Below are positions 28,703 through 37,922 of a stretch of DNA of 64,000 nt, piece by piece; the stretch's first letter is position 1, and the number at the start of each line of letters is the position of its first letter. The position numbers were made by a program, and so were the translations under genes. The notes beneath the pieces were generated by a model, which was given only the letters and a program-made list of their open reading frames with translations, was not told where the DNA came from and ran no database searches. This DNA is from a virus (Duplodnaviria > Caudoviricetes), in the IMG/VR virus record IMGVR_UViG_3300010163_000016, positions 19,772 through 83,771 of that record. The stretch is one strand, 5' to 3'.

Positions 28703-29687
28703 CTACCAGAGCTATCTGGAATCCCTTTCCCTCTATGGACGTACTGCCCGGGAACGGGATATTGCCAGGGCGAAGGAAGACTTTGCGCGGTCTGTGGTGG
28801 ACAATCCCGCCTACCAGGAAGACTGCCTGCGCAATGGCGCGCCCCAGCGGTTCATGATCACCCGCACAGACACGCCGTATAAATGCGGCATCACAGCCTT
28901 CCCTGGAGAGGAGCTGTATCCGGGTGATATCATCACAGCCTTCGACGAGCATTGGATCGTTTATCAGACGCGGGTAGCCAATCCCATCCAGGCCACGGGC
29001 GTGATCTGGCTGTGCAACCACCTGTTCCGGTGGCAGAACGGCACGCCGGAGATCGTAGAGCGGTGGGGCGTGCTGGACGCCGGCGTCTATTCTACGACAA
29101 AGACGGGCGGCTATGAGGTCAACACCCCGGATGTACAGTATAAGATCTACCTGCCGTTGGATCAGGATACCAGGCGGCTGTATGTGGACAAGCGCATTGC
29201 CACCAACATCCGTTACGACGCCAGCGGGAAGGAGATCCTGGAGGTCTATAAGCTGACGCGGGTGGACCCCACCAGCCAGGCCTATGGGAGGGGCGCGCAT
29301 CTGCTCCTGCTCCACGCCAGGAGTGACGACTATATCGCTGAACATGACAGCCTGGAAGAGCGAATCTGCGGTTATATTCCGACCAAGCAGATGGAAGTGC
29401 CCGTACCGCCGGCGGGGCCGGCAGAGTATCTGCCGTGCAGGATCTCAGGCCGCTCTGTGATCCGTCTGGGCTCCTCCAGGACCTACACAGTGGACATGGA
29501 CGGCAGGGCCGATCCCATCTGGCGCATTGACCCGCCCCTGGATGGCCTGTCTCTGGAGGGCAGCGGCGTGACCGCGAAGCTCACCGCCGGGGAAGATACG
29601 GCCCTGGTTGGCTCTGCCATTGTTCTGACGGTGACGGACGCCGCGCGCGTCTATGGGGATGCGCAGATAACTGTGGAGGTGGTCTGA
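28683..29687 (+). CDS. Neck/head-closure protein with C-terminal Ig-like segment
   Basis: GGAGG RBS; position. Confidence 0.55.
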   Translation: MDHCHLDYQSYLESLSLYGRTARERDIARAKEDFARSVVDNPAYQEDCLRNGAPQRFMITRTDTPYKCGITAFPGEELYPGDIITAFDEHWIVYQTRVANPIQATGVIWLCNHLFRWQNGTPEIVERWGVLDAGVYSTTKTGGYEVNTPDVQYKIYLPLDQDTRRLYVDKRIATNIRYDASGKEILEVYKLTRVDPTSQAYGRGAHLLLLHARSDDYIAEHDSLEERICGYIPTKQMEVPVPPAGPAEYLPCRISGRSVIRLGSSRTYTVDMDGRADPIWRIDPPLDGLSLEGSGVTAKLTAGEDTALVGSAIVLTVTDAARVYGDAQITVEVV

Positions 29688-29688
29688 C

Positions 29689-30204
29689 ATGGCCAGAAGC
29701 ACCCATATCGACCAGCTGGTGGACTACAACCAGCGCGTCGTAAGCAAGATCCTGTCTGCGCAGCCCGTGATGGCCCTGATTTCCAACGACCCGGCGCTTG
29801 ATCTGGACAGCGACGCCGCCGCACAGTGGGAGGAACATGTCCTGGACCACGCCTGGATCGATGAGACCGTCCAGGAATCCGGCGCGTTCGTAACTGTGGA
29901 CGTGGACATCCCCGAGATGAGCAGCGGCACCATCAAGGAGATGCGCGTCTATGTGGAGGTGCTGGTCAGCAAGACGTTTATGCCCCTCTCCCCTTCCCTG
30001 TTCAAGGGCTGCAGGGGGAATCGGAGGGACAACATCGTCCGCCAGATCGACCTGCTGATCAACGGCAGCTATGACTTCGGTATTGGCCGTTTGGACCTGA
30101 AAAGCATCCGTACCGTCACCACCGCCAATAAGTTTGCCGGGAAGCTGATGACCTACGAGGCGTCGGATTTTGCCAGGGATCGGAGCAGGCTGGATGCCAG
30201 ATAA
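29689..30204 (+). CDS. Tail terminator-like protein
   Basis: 'NR.D.I...ID..INGS..FGIG.L.L'; position before the tail tube. Confidence 0.5.
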   Translation: MARSTHIDQLVDYNQRVVSKILSAQPVMALISNDPALDLDSDAAAQWEEHVLDHAWIDETVQESGAFVTVDVDIPEMSSGTIKEMRVYVEVLVSKTFMPLSPSLFKGCRGNRRDNIVRQIDLLINGSYDFGIGRLDLKSIRTVTTANKFAGKLMTYEASDFARDRSRLDAR

Positions 30205-30955
30205 TCATGTGTTGATCGCCGGCTCTTCCTATTGGGTCGGCGATATTCTCTGCCGCCAGCCTACTCTTGGCGATATCTACAGGGATAAGGATGTTGGCCA
30301 TGAGATCTATCAGGCATACCTGTATGTGATCGGCATGACGGTGGATCGGTTTCTGGATGCGGAGGGGCTCAGGGATGGGTTTGCATCCCTGTCGGCGGAG
30401 GAACAAGCCCAGATCGATATTTTGGGCCTGCTGACCCACCAGTCTGCCTGGCGCTCTCTCCTTCTGGATGCCCTGGATTTCTTTGTAGATGGCAGCCCCC
30501 GCTTTGATGCGGCTACTGGCAGGATCGTCATAGAGCGGGACGGCGGCAGCCCGGTCCTGCTGACCGGGGACGCCTATGCCGCCCTGCGGAAGGAGATCAT
30601 GCAGTGCGCCTGCTTGAAGGCGGAGGACGACAAACCCAAGGGGTTCTATAACAATGCGGCCAAAAGGCTCTATGAAAAGAGCCTGGCGCTGAAGCAAAAG
30701 CGCGCTAAAGCCAATGCGAAATCTGACGCTGACTACGAGATCTGGAATGTGATCGGCGCTGTATCCGCCCGCCATCCCAGCTACAATCTGCTGAATATCT
30801 GGGGCCTGACGGTATTTCAGCTCTATGACCAGTTTTCCCGTATCCATGGCGGCATCCAGCTGGACGGCATGATCCACAAGTGGGCCGCGTGGGGCACGGC
30901 TCAATTCGATTTCTCCGCATGGTTCAAAAAGGAACCGTCGGGGTCCAACCACTGA
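30194..30955 (+). CDS. Hypothetical tail-region protein
   Basis: 'I..LT.FQ.YDQF.R' motif; position. Confidence 0.55.
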   Translation: MPDNHVLIAGSSYWVGDILCRQPTLGDIYRDKDVGHEIYQAYLYVIGMTVDRFLDAEGLRDGFASLSAEEQAQIDILGLLTHQSAWRSLLLDALDFFVDGSPRFDAATGRIVIERDGGSPVLLTGDAYAALRKEIMQCACLKAEDDKPKGFYNNAAKRLYEKSLALKQKRAKANAKSDADYEIWNVIGAVSARHPSYNLLNIWGLTVFQLYDQFSRIHGGIQLDGMIHKWAAWGTAQFDFSAWFKKEPSGSNH

Positions 30956-30975
30956 GATTGATAAGGAGATACACA

Positions 30976-31722
30976 ATGAGTGTAAATTCTGCGACTACCT
31001 TTGCCAATCGCGAGGTCTATAACCTGAAGATCTGCGATTACAACACCAAGAAGCCCGTCATTTATATTGACTGGGCCAACGGCACCGCCAACGAACTGAC
31101 CGGCGAGGCTGTATACGCTTATGGAGGGTGGCAGCACCCCAAACGCGTTACCTTCTACGGCGAGAAGGGCGGCACCCTGACCCTGGAGACCCAGATGCAG
31201 TCCTACCAGCTCTACTCCATTATCACCGGCGCCGCCATTGAGAGCACCGCTAAGTTCCTGGAGCGGGAAAAGGTCACTGCCAACGCCGAGGGCTCCGTGA
31301 CCATTAAGGGCACCCCTATAGCCGGGTCTGTCAATGTGTTCGCCGCCGAGGACGACTGCGGTACTCCCCTGGAGGGCGTAACCGTGGCCGACAAGGTGGT
31401 CTCCGCCACCGGCATCAAGGCCGACAGCGACTATATTGTGTACTACATGAAGGAGTACACCAAAGGCGTCACCAAGCTGAATATCAAGAACACCACGGTG
31501 CCCAAGTCCTGCATCATCTACGGCGACACCATCTCCAAGACCGAGGACGACCTGATCGTATCCCAGCGTCTGATCGCCTACAAGGCGACGCCCCAGCAGA
31601 ACGTGTCCTGGAGCTACTCCAACACCGGCGATCCCGCCAGCCTGTCCATCACCTTCGACCTTCTGTGCGACGAGGACGACAATCTGATGGATCTGATCAC
31701 CATCGAGGACGAGGCGGCGTAA
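30976..31722 (+). CDS. Major tail tube protein
   Basis: 'ANREV..L','GG..HPKRVTF.GEK.GTLT.ETQ','G.PA.LSITFDL'; followed by a terminator. Confidence 0.75.
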   Translation: MSVNSATTFANREVYNLKICDYNTKKPVIYIDWANGTANELTGEAVYAYGGWQHPKRVTFYGEKGGTLTLETQMQSYQLYSIITGAAIESTAKFLEREKVTANAEGSVTIKGTPIAGSVNVFAAEDDCGTPLEGVTVADKVVSATGIKADSDYIVYYMKEYTKGVTKLNIKNTTVPKSCIIYGDTISKTEDDLIVSQRLIAYKATPQQNVSWSYSNTGDPASLSITFDLLCDEDDNLMDLITIEDEAA

Positions 31723-31736
31723 TACCCGTCCTTCAA

Positions 31737-31774
31737 AGCCGGGAGCGGAAGCACTGTCCGCTCCCGGCTCCTTT
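31737..31774 (+). terminator. Terminator after the tail tube gene
   Basis: GCCGGGAGCGGA-loop-TCCGCTCCCGGC then CTTT. Confidence 0.65.
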
Positions 31775-31791
31775 GTGAAAGATGCTGCAAA

Positions 31792-32256
31792 ATGGAAAGA
31801 ACAAAATTCAACGTAGGCAAGGATATCGAAAAACGCTCTTGTGATGGACATGTTTTCGCCAGTGTGCTGGAAATGAGGTACTACCAGGAGGTGGTGGTTC
31901 CGGGGGTCGCGGACGGGAGCATTCTTCATTACGAACTGCAGAAGCCGTACCTTTTGCAAGAGGGATTTTCCTATCAGGGGATGGCCGTGAGGCCCATTGT
32001 GTATGTAGCTGATTTTTATCTGGTCTATGCGGACGGGACTGAGGAGGTCATTGACACGAAGGGCATGGCGGACAGCGTGGCAAAGCTGAAGCGGAAGCTG
32101 TTCTGGCATACCTATCCGGATCTTGTCTACACCTGGGTCGGGTACTCCAAAATGGATGGAGGGTGGCTGCCCTATGACCAGATACAGAAGCTTCGAAGAA
32201 AAAGGACCAGGGCCAAACATAGGGCCCAGAAAAGGAAGGAATCAGAAAATGGATAA
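31792..32256 (+). CDS. DUF1064-family PD-(D/E)xK nuclease-like protein
   Basis: 'DG..F.S..E..YY','LQ..Y.L','Y.ADF......G...V.D.KG'. Confidence 0.75.
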   Translation: MERTKFNVGKDIEKRSCDGHVFASVLEMRYYQEVVVPGVADGSILHYELQKPYLLQEGFSYQGMAVRPIVYVADFYLVYADGTEEVIDTKGMADSVAKLKRKLFWHTYPDLVYTWVGYSKMDGGWLPYDQIQKLRRKRTRAKHRAQKRKESENG

Positions 32257-32944
32257 CAAAAAGAAGGCGGCTGACAGCCGTTTGGATACTCTGCGGGAGA
32301 TGACGGCGCAGGAAAATGTAGTCGATACGGTCTATTACTTTGGCGCAGACCGCAAAGAACTGCCCATCCGCATTACCCGCTCTATCCCCTTCAGTGAATA
32401 CAGCGCCATGGTGCGGAGTATTGCCGACGCGCTGTGGGATGGCGACACCTATCTGCCTCACATGGGGTTTACTAAGCGTTTGTATGTGTATTCCAACTAC
32501 ACAGATCTGCCTCTGGGCGAGATGGATGCTGATTTGTGCCGCACAGTCTGCATGGACGATGAACTGTTCCGGTTTGTGACCGGGCTCATAGTCGATGATA
32601 TGCATGATCTGGATGGCGAGGTGGACGAGCTGGTTGCCTGGGAGCAGCGGCGAAAGCTCCACAGGTCTTCCAATGAACTGCTCGACACCGCCGCCGCGTT
32701 CTTTGCACATCTGGACACCTTGCTGAGCAAGGTCGAGGAAAGCCTCAAAGCGCCTGACGGACGCAGCCATATGGATCTGCAGGCTCTCGTCAAAGCCATG
32801 GAAGCCGTGGGGTCTAAGGATGAGGGAGAAATCGCCAAGGCGGTCCTGCGCGAACAGCAGAGACGCGCTGCCGCCAAGCCAAAGAAACGCTCTGTCAAGA
32901 AAACGCCTGAGGTTGAGCTGGTCGTCACCGGCGGGGAGAAGTAG
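32249..32944 (+). CDS. Putative tail assembly chaperone
   Basis: Position between tube and TMP; helical and charged. Confidence 0.45.
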   Translation: MDNKKKAADSRLDTLREMTAQENVVDTVYYFGADRKELPIRITRSIPFSEYSAMVRSIADALWDGDTYLPHMGFTKRLYVYSNYTDLPLGEMDADLCRTVCMDDELFRFVTGLIVDDMHDLDGEVDELVAWEQRRKLHRSSNELLDTAAAFFAHLDTLLSKVEESLKAPDGRSHMDLQALVKAMEAVGSKDEGEIAKAVLREQQRRAAAKPKKRSVKKTPEVELVVTGGEK

Positions 32945-32956
32945 CGGAGGCGTTCT

Positions 32957-33607
32957 ATGCCCATCACAGAGTCGCAGTATACCAAAATGTTGAAGGCCTA
33001 TATCGCTTCGAGCGAAGGCAGGAAGCGGATCGATGAATATATCACAAAGAAGACCGGCAGGCCGGCGGACGTGTTCTACACCGACGATCAGATGCGTTCC
33101 ATTGCCGCTGAGCTGCGAGACATGGTCGTTGCGGCCTATAAAAAAGAAGTCCGCACCAAGGGCGCAGATTATTTTGACCTCAGCGAGGTCCATATCGGCA
33201 CACCTTTGAAACCGCGGACCAAGGACGGCAAAGTACGGCTCAGGGTCATCTTCAGCGACAAAGCGTTGAGCCGCCGGTCCCTCCACTCCAGCAGGCCGGG
33301 CAAAGCCGAAAACCATGGGAGACAATACGTCTATTCGCCCAAGAACTGGGGCGCAGACTATTTTACCGGCAGGGGCGTCTATGATATTTTCGGCCTTTTT
33401 ACGCAGGGATATGACGCCAAGCCGGTATATGGCGAGTGGTGGGACAACGAGACCGACGCGGGCGAGGCAGACTACAAGGGCTTTCGCGGGCGAAGCCTGC
33501 CCCACCGCGCCGGGAGCGGCTTTATCACAAAAACGATCCGCGAATTTCAAACCAAATATCCATCTATCGAGGTGGAGTACCCCCGTCTGTGGGGTGGTAC
33601 AAAATGA
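32957..33607 (+). CDS. Hypothetical protein upstream of the TMP gene
   Basis: GGAGG RBS; followed by a hairpin at 33603-33636. Confidence 0.6.
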   Translation: MPITESQYTKMLKAYIASSEGRKRIDEYITKKTGRPADVFYTDDQMRSIAAELRDMVVAAYKKEVRTKGADYFDLSEVHIGTPLKPRTKDGKVRLRVIFSDKALSRRSLHSSRPGKAENHGRQYVYSPKNWGADYFTGRGVYDIFGLFTQGYDAKPVYGEWWDNETDAGEADYKGFRGRSLPHRAGSGFITKTIREFQTKYPSIEVEYPRLWGGTK

Positions 33608-33645
33608 CGCCGGGCTATCCGGCGTCGTTCTTTTTATGGAGGTAG

Positions 33646-35913
33646 GTGGAACATGCATTGAGCGAAGCCCTTGAATTACTATTTGGCGTAAAAGGCGGCA
33701 GCGAAATATCGCCTGGTACATCCGGCGGGCAGATCAAGGCGGATATCGACAGCATTGTCAAGCAGCTCCATACCGGCGGAAGTCTGGAGCTGACCTTTAC
33801 CGCCAAACAGGACTCTCTGTCGGCGCTGCGGGACGAGATCAAGAAGGCCGCTGGCAACATTGAAGTCACCTTCGCCAAGGGAGGCAGTATTGGCGGCGAT
33901 GGTCCCGGCGGCGCCAAGAGCGCAGATCAGGAGCTGAAAAGCATCAAGGCCCTGACGGACGGCTGGAAACAATACTATGCGCTCAGGACCAAAGCGACGA
34001 ATGCAAAGCGCAATGACACGCGGGGTGTTTATGACAAGGCCGCCTACCGCCTGCGCACTGAGCTGATAGAGCAGGAAAAGCAGTATCAGCTGACAGCCCG
34101 ACAGACCGTTGTGATAGACCGCCTAAAGGCAGAGGAACAGAGGAAACTCGGCCTGGCGGTAGAGCTCAGCAGCAAAGCCGCACAGAGGCGCAGCGCGGCA
34201 GAGAAAAAGGCCGTCTCTGCGTCTCTTGTTCAGGTCGCCGAGCTGCGCAGTCAGTATCGAAATTTCCAGAAGGAAATGCATGCGGCTTCCTTCTCCGGTC
34301 TGATCAGCCAAAACGATCTTGCCGATCTGGAAGCTGTCGCCAAACAGGCGATGACCATCAAGAAGATCGATCTGACGGGTGTGGTGAAAGAAACAGACCT
34401 TGCGAACATTAACCTGCAAAGGCTTGGCAAGGTCAACCTGGATCACACCATCAAGACCATCTCCTCCCTCAGATCGAAAGTCAAATCCCTTACGGAGGAG
34501 ACGATCGGCGGTCAGCGCGCAGCTGCCGCGGTTTCCAACAGCTACGATAAGCTGGCGAACCGTATGCAGGACTATATGACGCGCATCCAGGCCAGCTTAA
34601 AGAGCGATCCGTATACCTATCAGAAACTGCAGCACATGATAGACCAGGTACGCCTTGGACCAACAGGCGCATATCGGTCCGTCGTTCAGGCGTCCGCGGC
34701 ATTCCAGCGGCTGCAGGGTGATATCAAGATGGCTGGCTTGGAGTCTGAAACGCTGGGGCAGTCGATTACACGAATCTTCAAGCAGAAGTTCGGTTACGGC
34801 GTGATCGCGTCTGCCGCGCTGGTCGCGCGGAGGAGCCTGCAGCAGGTCTACCAAGACGTGGTGGAGATCGACGCCAAGCTGACCGAATTGCAGATCGTTT
34901 CCGGCGAGTCCGGTGAAACCATGGTCCGCTATATGGACAAGGCCGCCGCCAGCGCCAAGCGGGTTTCCGCCGCCATTACCGATATCATCGACGCCACAAC
35001 GGTTTACCGCCGTCTGGGCTTCAGCATGTCTGACAGCCTGGATTTTGCGGAACTGACGACGATGTACTCCAAGGTGGGCGGCGTTGAGATCGGCGAAGCG
35101 GAGAGCAACATCACCGCCATCATCAAGGCATTTAACCTTGAAAACGCGGATAAGCTGCGGGAAGCAATGGACAAAATTGTTAGGATCGGCAACAATTTTG
35201 CCATTAGCAGCGCGGAAATCGGGCAAGGCCTTAACAACGCCGCCTCTGCTCTGGTGGCGGCCAACAACTCCTTTGAAGAGAGCCTGGCTGTTCTGACCGC
35301 AGCGCAAGCTATCACGCAGGACGCAAGCAAGAGCAGTACGGCCATCAGGACCATTGCTGCCCGCCTTACGCAGAGCAATACGGAGCTGGAGGATCTGGGC
35401 GAGGAGCTCGACAGCGCCTACAGCACGACAGCCAAATATCGTGAAAAGCTTCTGGCAATCACTGGTGTTGACATCCTGAAAGAGAACGGACAGGATTTTA
35501 AGAGCACTTTCCAGATCCTGCGGGAGCTTGCCGGAGCCTGGGAGGGTCTGAGCGACCTGGACCAGTCATCTGTGACCTATATGGTCGCAGGCATTCGCAA
35601 CTCCAACGTGTTTAATTCCCTCATGCAGCAGTGGAAGGACGCCGAGGGCGTCGTAAAAGCTGCCGCTACCGCTTCCGGCGCTATGTCGGAGGCATATGAG
35701 GTCTATACAGATTCGATTGAAGGCAGGCTGAATGTTCTGAAGGCCAGCGCCCAGGAATTAAGCGCAGATCTGCTTGATGATGCTGTTGTCAAAGGCGCTG
35801 TCAGCGGCGTGACTGCGTTGGTCAATGCCTTTGATCGTTTGATCGATACCGTGGGCCCCCTCCCTGTTGTTTTGGGTGGAATTGGGCTGGCGGGATTGAT
35901 CCATTCGGTGGGT
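33646..35913 (+). CDS. Tape measure protein, exon 1 (unspliced frame runs on to TGA 35988)
   Basis: TP901-type TMP core 'EID..LTELQ.VSG','DIIDA...Y.RLG','ITAIIKAFN','GNNFAIS..EIGQ.L'. Confidence 0.88.
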
Positions 35914-36263
35914 GGGGCTAAATGGATTGCCCTCACAAGTGCGCCCACCTATGTCCCGGCGGTGACGCGGAACGAGTATGTAGCGTGATCGTGCTGCATA
36001 CAAGGGGACATTGGAAAAACCGGTTAAATTGGCCCTGAAAGGGCGGCGAGTTTGGACAATTCTCGTCCGGGAACTGAAAAGAACCCGCAGCGAAGCTCAG
36101 GATGAAGATGAAACTGTATTTTCATTGTGAGAACGTTCAACGACTATAATGCCGGTACGGCACCCCGACGATACAGGGCTCTGTCGTGATGGGATAGTCT
36201 GGTCAACCGTCGAGAGGCGGAAAAATTGTAAGCGGTTCGGCACCGCTGCCAACATGCCGGAAT

Positions 36264-36312
36264 AGAATTAAGGATGCCTGAACCCATCAAAGGAATCAGG
36301 CATCCTGCAATG
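36264..36312 (-). terminator. Terminator-like hairpin of the intron passenger gene
   Basis: GGATGCCTGA-loop-TCAGGCATCC, followed by a U-rich run on the minus strand. Confidence 0.6.
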
Positions 36313-36336
36313 GGGAGTCAGTTGTCATTTACAATG

Positions 36337-37848
36337 TCAGAGTAGATTTGCAACTAATGTGGGGTCTTCCTTTAGTATTTTATAGGCGGTCCACATCTCA
36401 CTAAGTTGTTTCAAATGTGAACTTGGGACTGTAACATCTTTGTAGCCCTCACCTTTAAACCGGATCGTAACATTGTCTGCTGTAATCATATCTTCTACGA
36501 TAGGTTCTAAATCAATCAGCCGAGGATCGTCATATGATTCCAGACCGTATTTTGACAAATCAACGTTAAAATGCCCATATGGCGCTATCTCCGCAATTGA
36601 TCCTCCGCTTATATCGGTTATGCGATCCCAAAAATCTACATATAGCGTATGTTGTGACTTGTCACAATCAATAACAATCTTATCAATAAACAGCCAGTCT
36701 GATTGCCGAAAGCCTAAAAAGAAGGTGAAAAGTACGTTCTGATTATCATCGACCACGATCCATGGTTCAATATTTCTGTTATATCCTATATCAATGTATT
36801 TTGTACTCAGTCCTTTCGGTACTATGTTATATTCCTTGTCTATTTTATCATACTGGATTGTGATATCTGCTTTCATGTTTTGCAGGCGTTCAACGGACAT
36901 TTGGCGGTTTAATTCCGATAATGTGGTTGAGAATTTTGTATCTAAGGCTTTCCCATTATCGTCAGTGAGCGTTAAAATAGCATCTTGTATATCTCCTGAA
37001 CGGGCTTGCTCCTCCGCTAAAGCAAATACTTCTTCAATAGACCTATTCTTGATTTGCTCAACCGCATCATTTATGAGATCAGCAGGGGTTATCATTAAAT
37101 AAATAAGAATTTCCCTATATTGCTCCTGGCTCACCATACTTTCGATTTCTTGCAGTACAAGATGTTGGAAGTTTTCCTGTCTTTCTTTTCTGTCATTGCG
37201 GAATGTATCGCTTTGGTAAGATGGATCTAAATCAGCATAGAGGGCAAAGGCCTCAAGCGTTTTCCCATCAGCAAGCAATTCATTTGCCTGGGATTGGATT
37301 TCTTCATAAATCATATCTTGCGCATTGTTCTTGCAGTCTTGTGCTTTTGTATAATTTAAAATATCTTCTTTGGTAACTTGGGAAAAATTGTCAACTGCTT
37401 TCCGATAGTCGCCGTTTTCCAAACAAATATCGCCTGATTTATAAGCTTTGCGGGATCTGGAAATGCTCAATATTTCAGTGTCAAACTCTCTCACTTCATG
37501 ATCTATTAGAAAAAAGTCTAAATAGACGAAAGCGTCTTGAATGTCTTCTACATTTAAATAAGTGTTTGCATAGTCATTGACTAGGGCAGTTGCTCGTTGT
37601 AATGCCTCACTATGCGCCATTTCTGCGAACTTAGCATTGTCTTTATTATCATTATAAATTTCAAAGGATCTTTCATATTCACCGCGGGATAGTGCATCCT
37701 GAAATCGAAGAATAGGCAAAAAGAAAAATGCGGAAACTATGAATGCGATAATGAGAAGGATACATATTGTCCCGCAAATTATCAATATCTTGTTTCTTAT
37801 TTTCCTTTTCTTTTCTGGTACATTTTCTATTTGCAAGTTCCTACTCAT
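36337..37848 (-). CDS. Membrane-anchored extracytoplasmic protein, 503 aa (intron passenger)
   Basis: AGGAGG RBS; basic N-terminus, one TM helix, TPR-like helical middle, beta-rich C-terminal domain; AT-richer than the TMP gene. Confidence 0.85.
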   Translation of the reverse strand: MSRNLQIENVPEKKRKIRNKILIICGTICILLIIAFIVSAFFFLPILRFQDALSRGEYERSFEIYNDNKDNAKFAEMAHSEALQRATALVNDYANTYLNVEDIQDAFVYLDFFLIDHEVREFDTEILSISRSRKAYKSGDICLENGDYRKAVDNFSQVTKEDILNYTKAQDCKNNAQDMIYEEIQSQANELLADGKTLEAFALYADLDPSYQSDTFRNDRKERQENFQHLVLQEIESMVSQEQYREILIYLMITPADLINDAVEQIKNRSIEEVFALAEEQARSGDIQDAILTLTDDNGKALDTKFSTTLSELNRQMSVERLQNMKADITIQYDKIDKEYNIVPKGLSTKYIDIGYNRNIEPWIVVDDNQNVLFTFFLGFRQSDWLFIDKIVIDCDKSQHTLYVDFWDRITDISGGSIAEIAPYGHFNVDLSKYGLESYDDPRLIDLEPIVEDMITADNVTIRFKGEGYKDVTVPSSHLKQLSEMWTAYKILKEDPTLVANLL

Positions 37849-37922
37849 TTGCTTTTCCTCCTATATTACGTTTGGGTTCTACTATTTCGTTGCGGTTTGG
37901 CCGCCGCAAATAAAAATGACCG

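Larger units (their letters stand above)
35914..37922 (+). ncRNA. Group I intron (2009 nt) in the tape measure gene, containing an antisense passenger gene
   Basis: P1 GGUGGGU(35907-13)/GCCCACC(35943-49) with U.G at the splice site; P3 ACCGGU(36019-24)/GCCGGU(36151-56); Q-like AACCCGCAGC; P7 GACUA(36142-46)/UAGUC(36195-99); P9.0 GGUCA(36201-05)/UGACC(37917-21) then omega-G 37922; splicing is in frame. Confidence 0.82.

Noticed and set aside
32048-33721. 557-aa alternative-frame ORF over the pre-TMP genes
   Set aside because: Overlaps three genes with good RBSs and has no protein-like motifs.
35914-36330. Group II intron or IStron
   Set aside because: No GUGYG 5' end, domain V, reverse transcriptase or transposase/TnpB; the motifs are group I (P7 GACUA/UAGUC, U.G 5' site).
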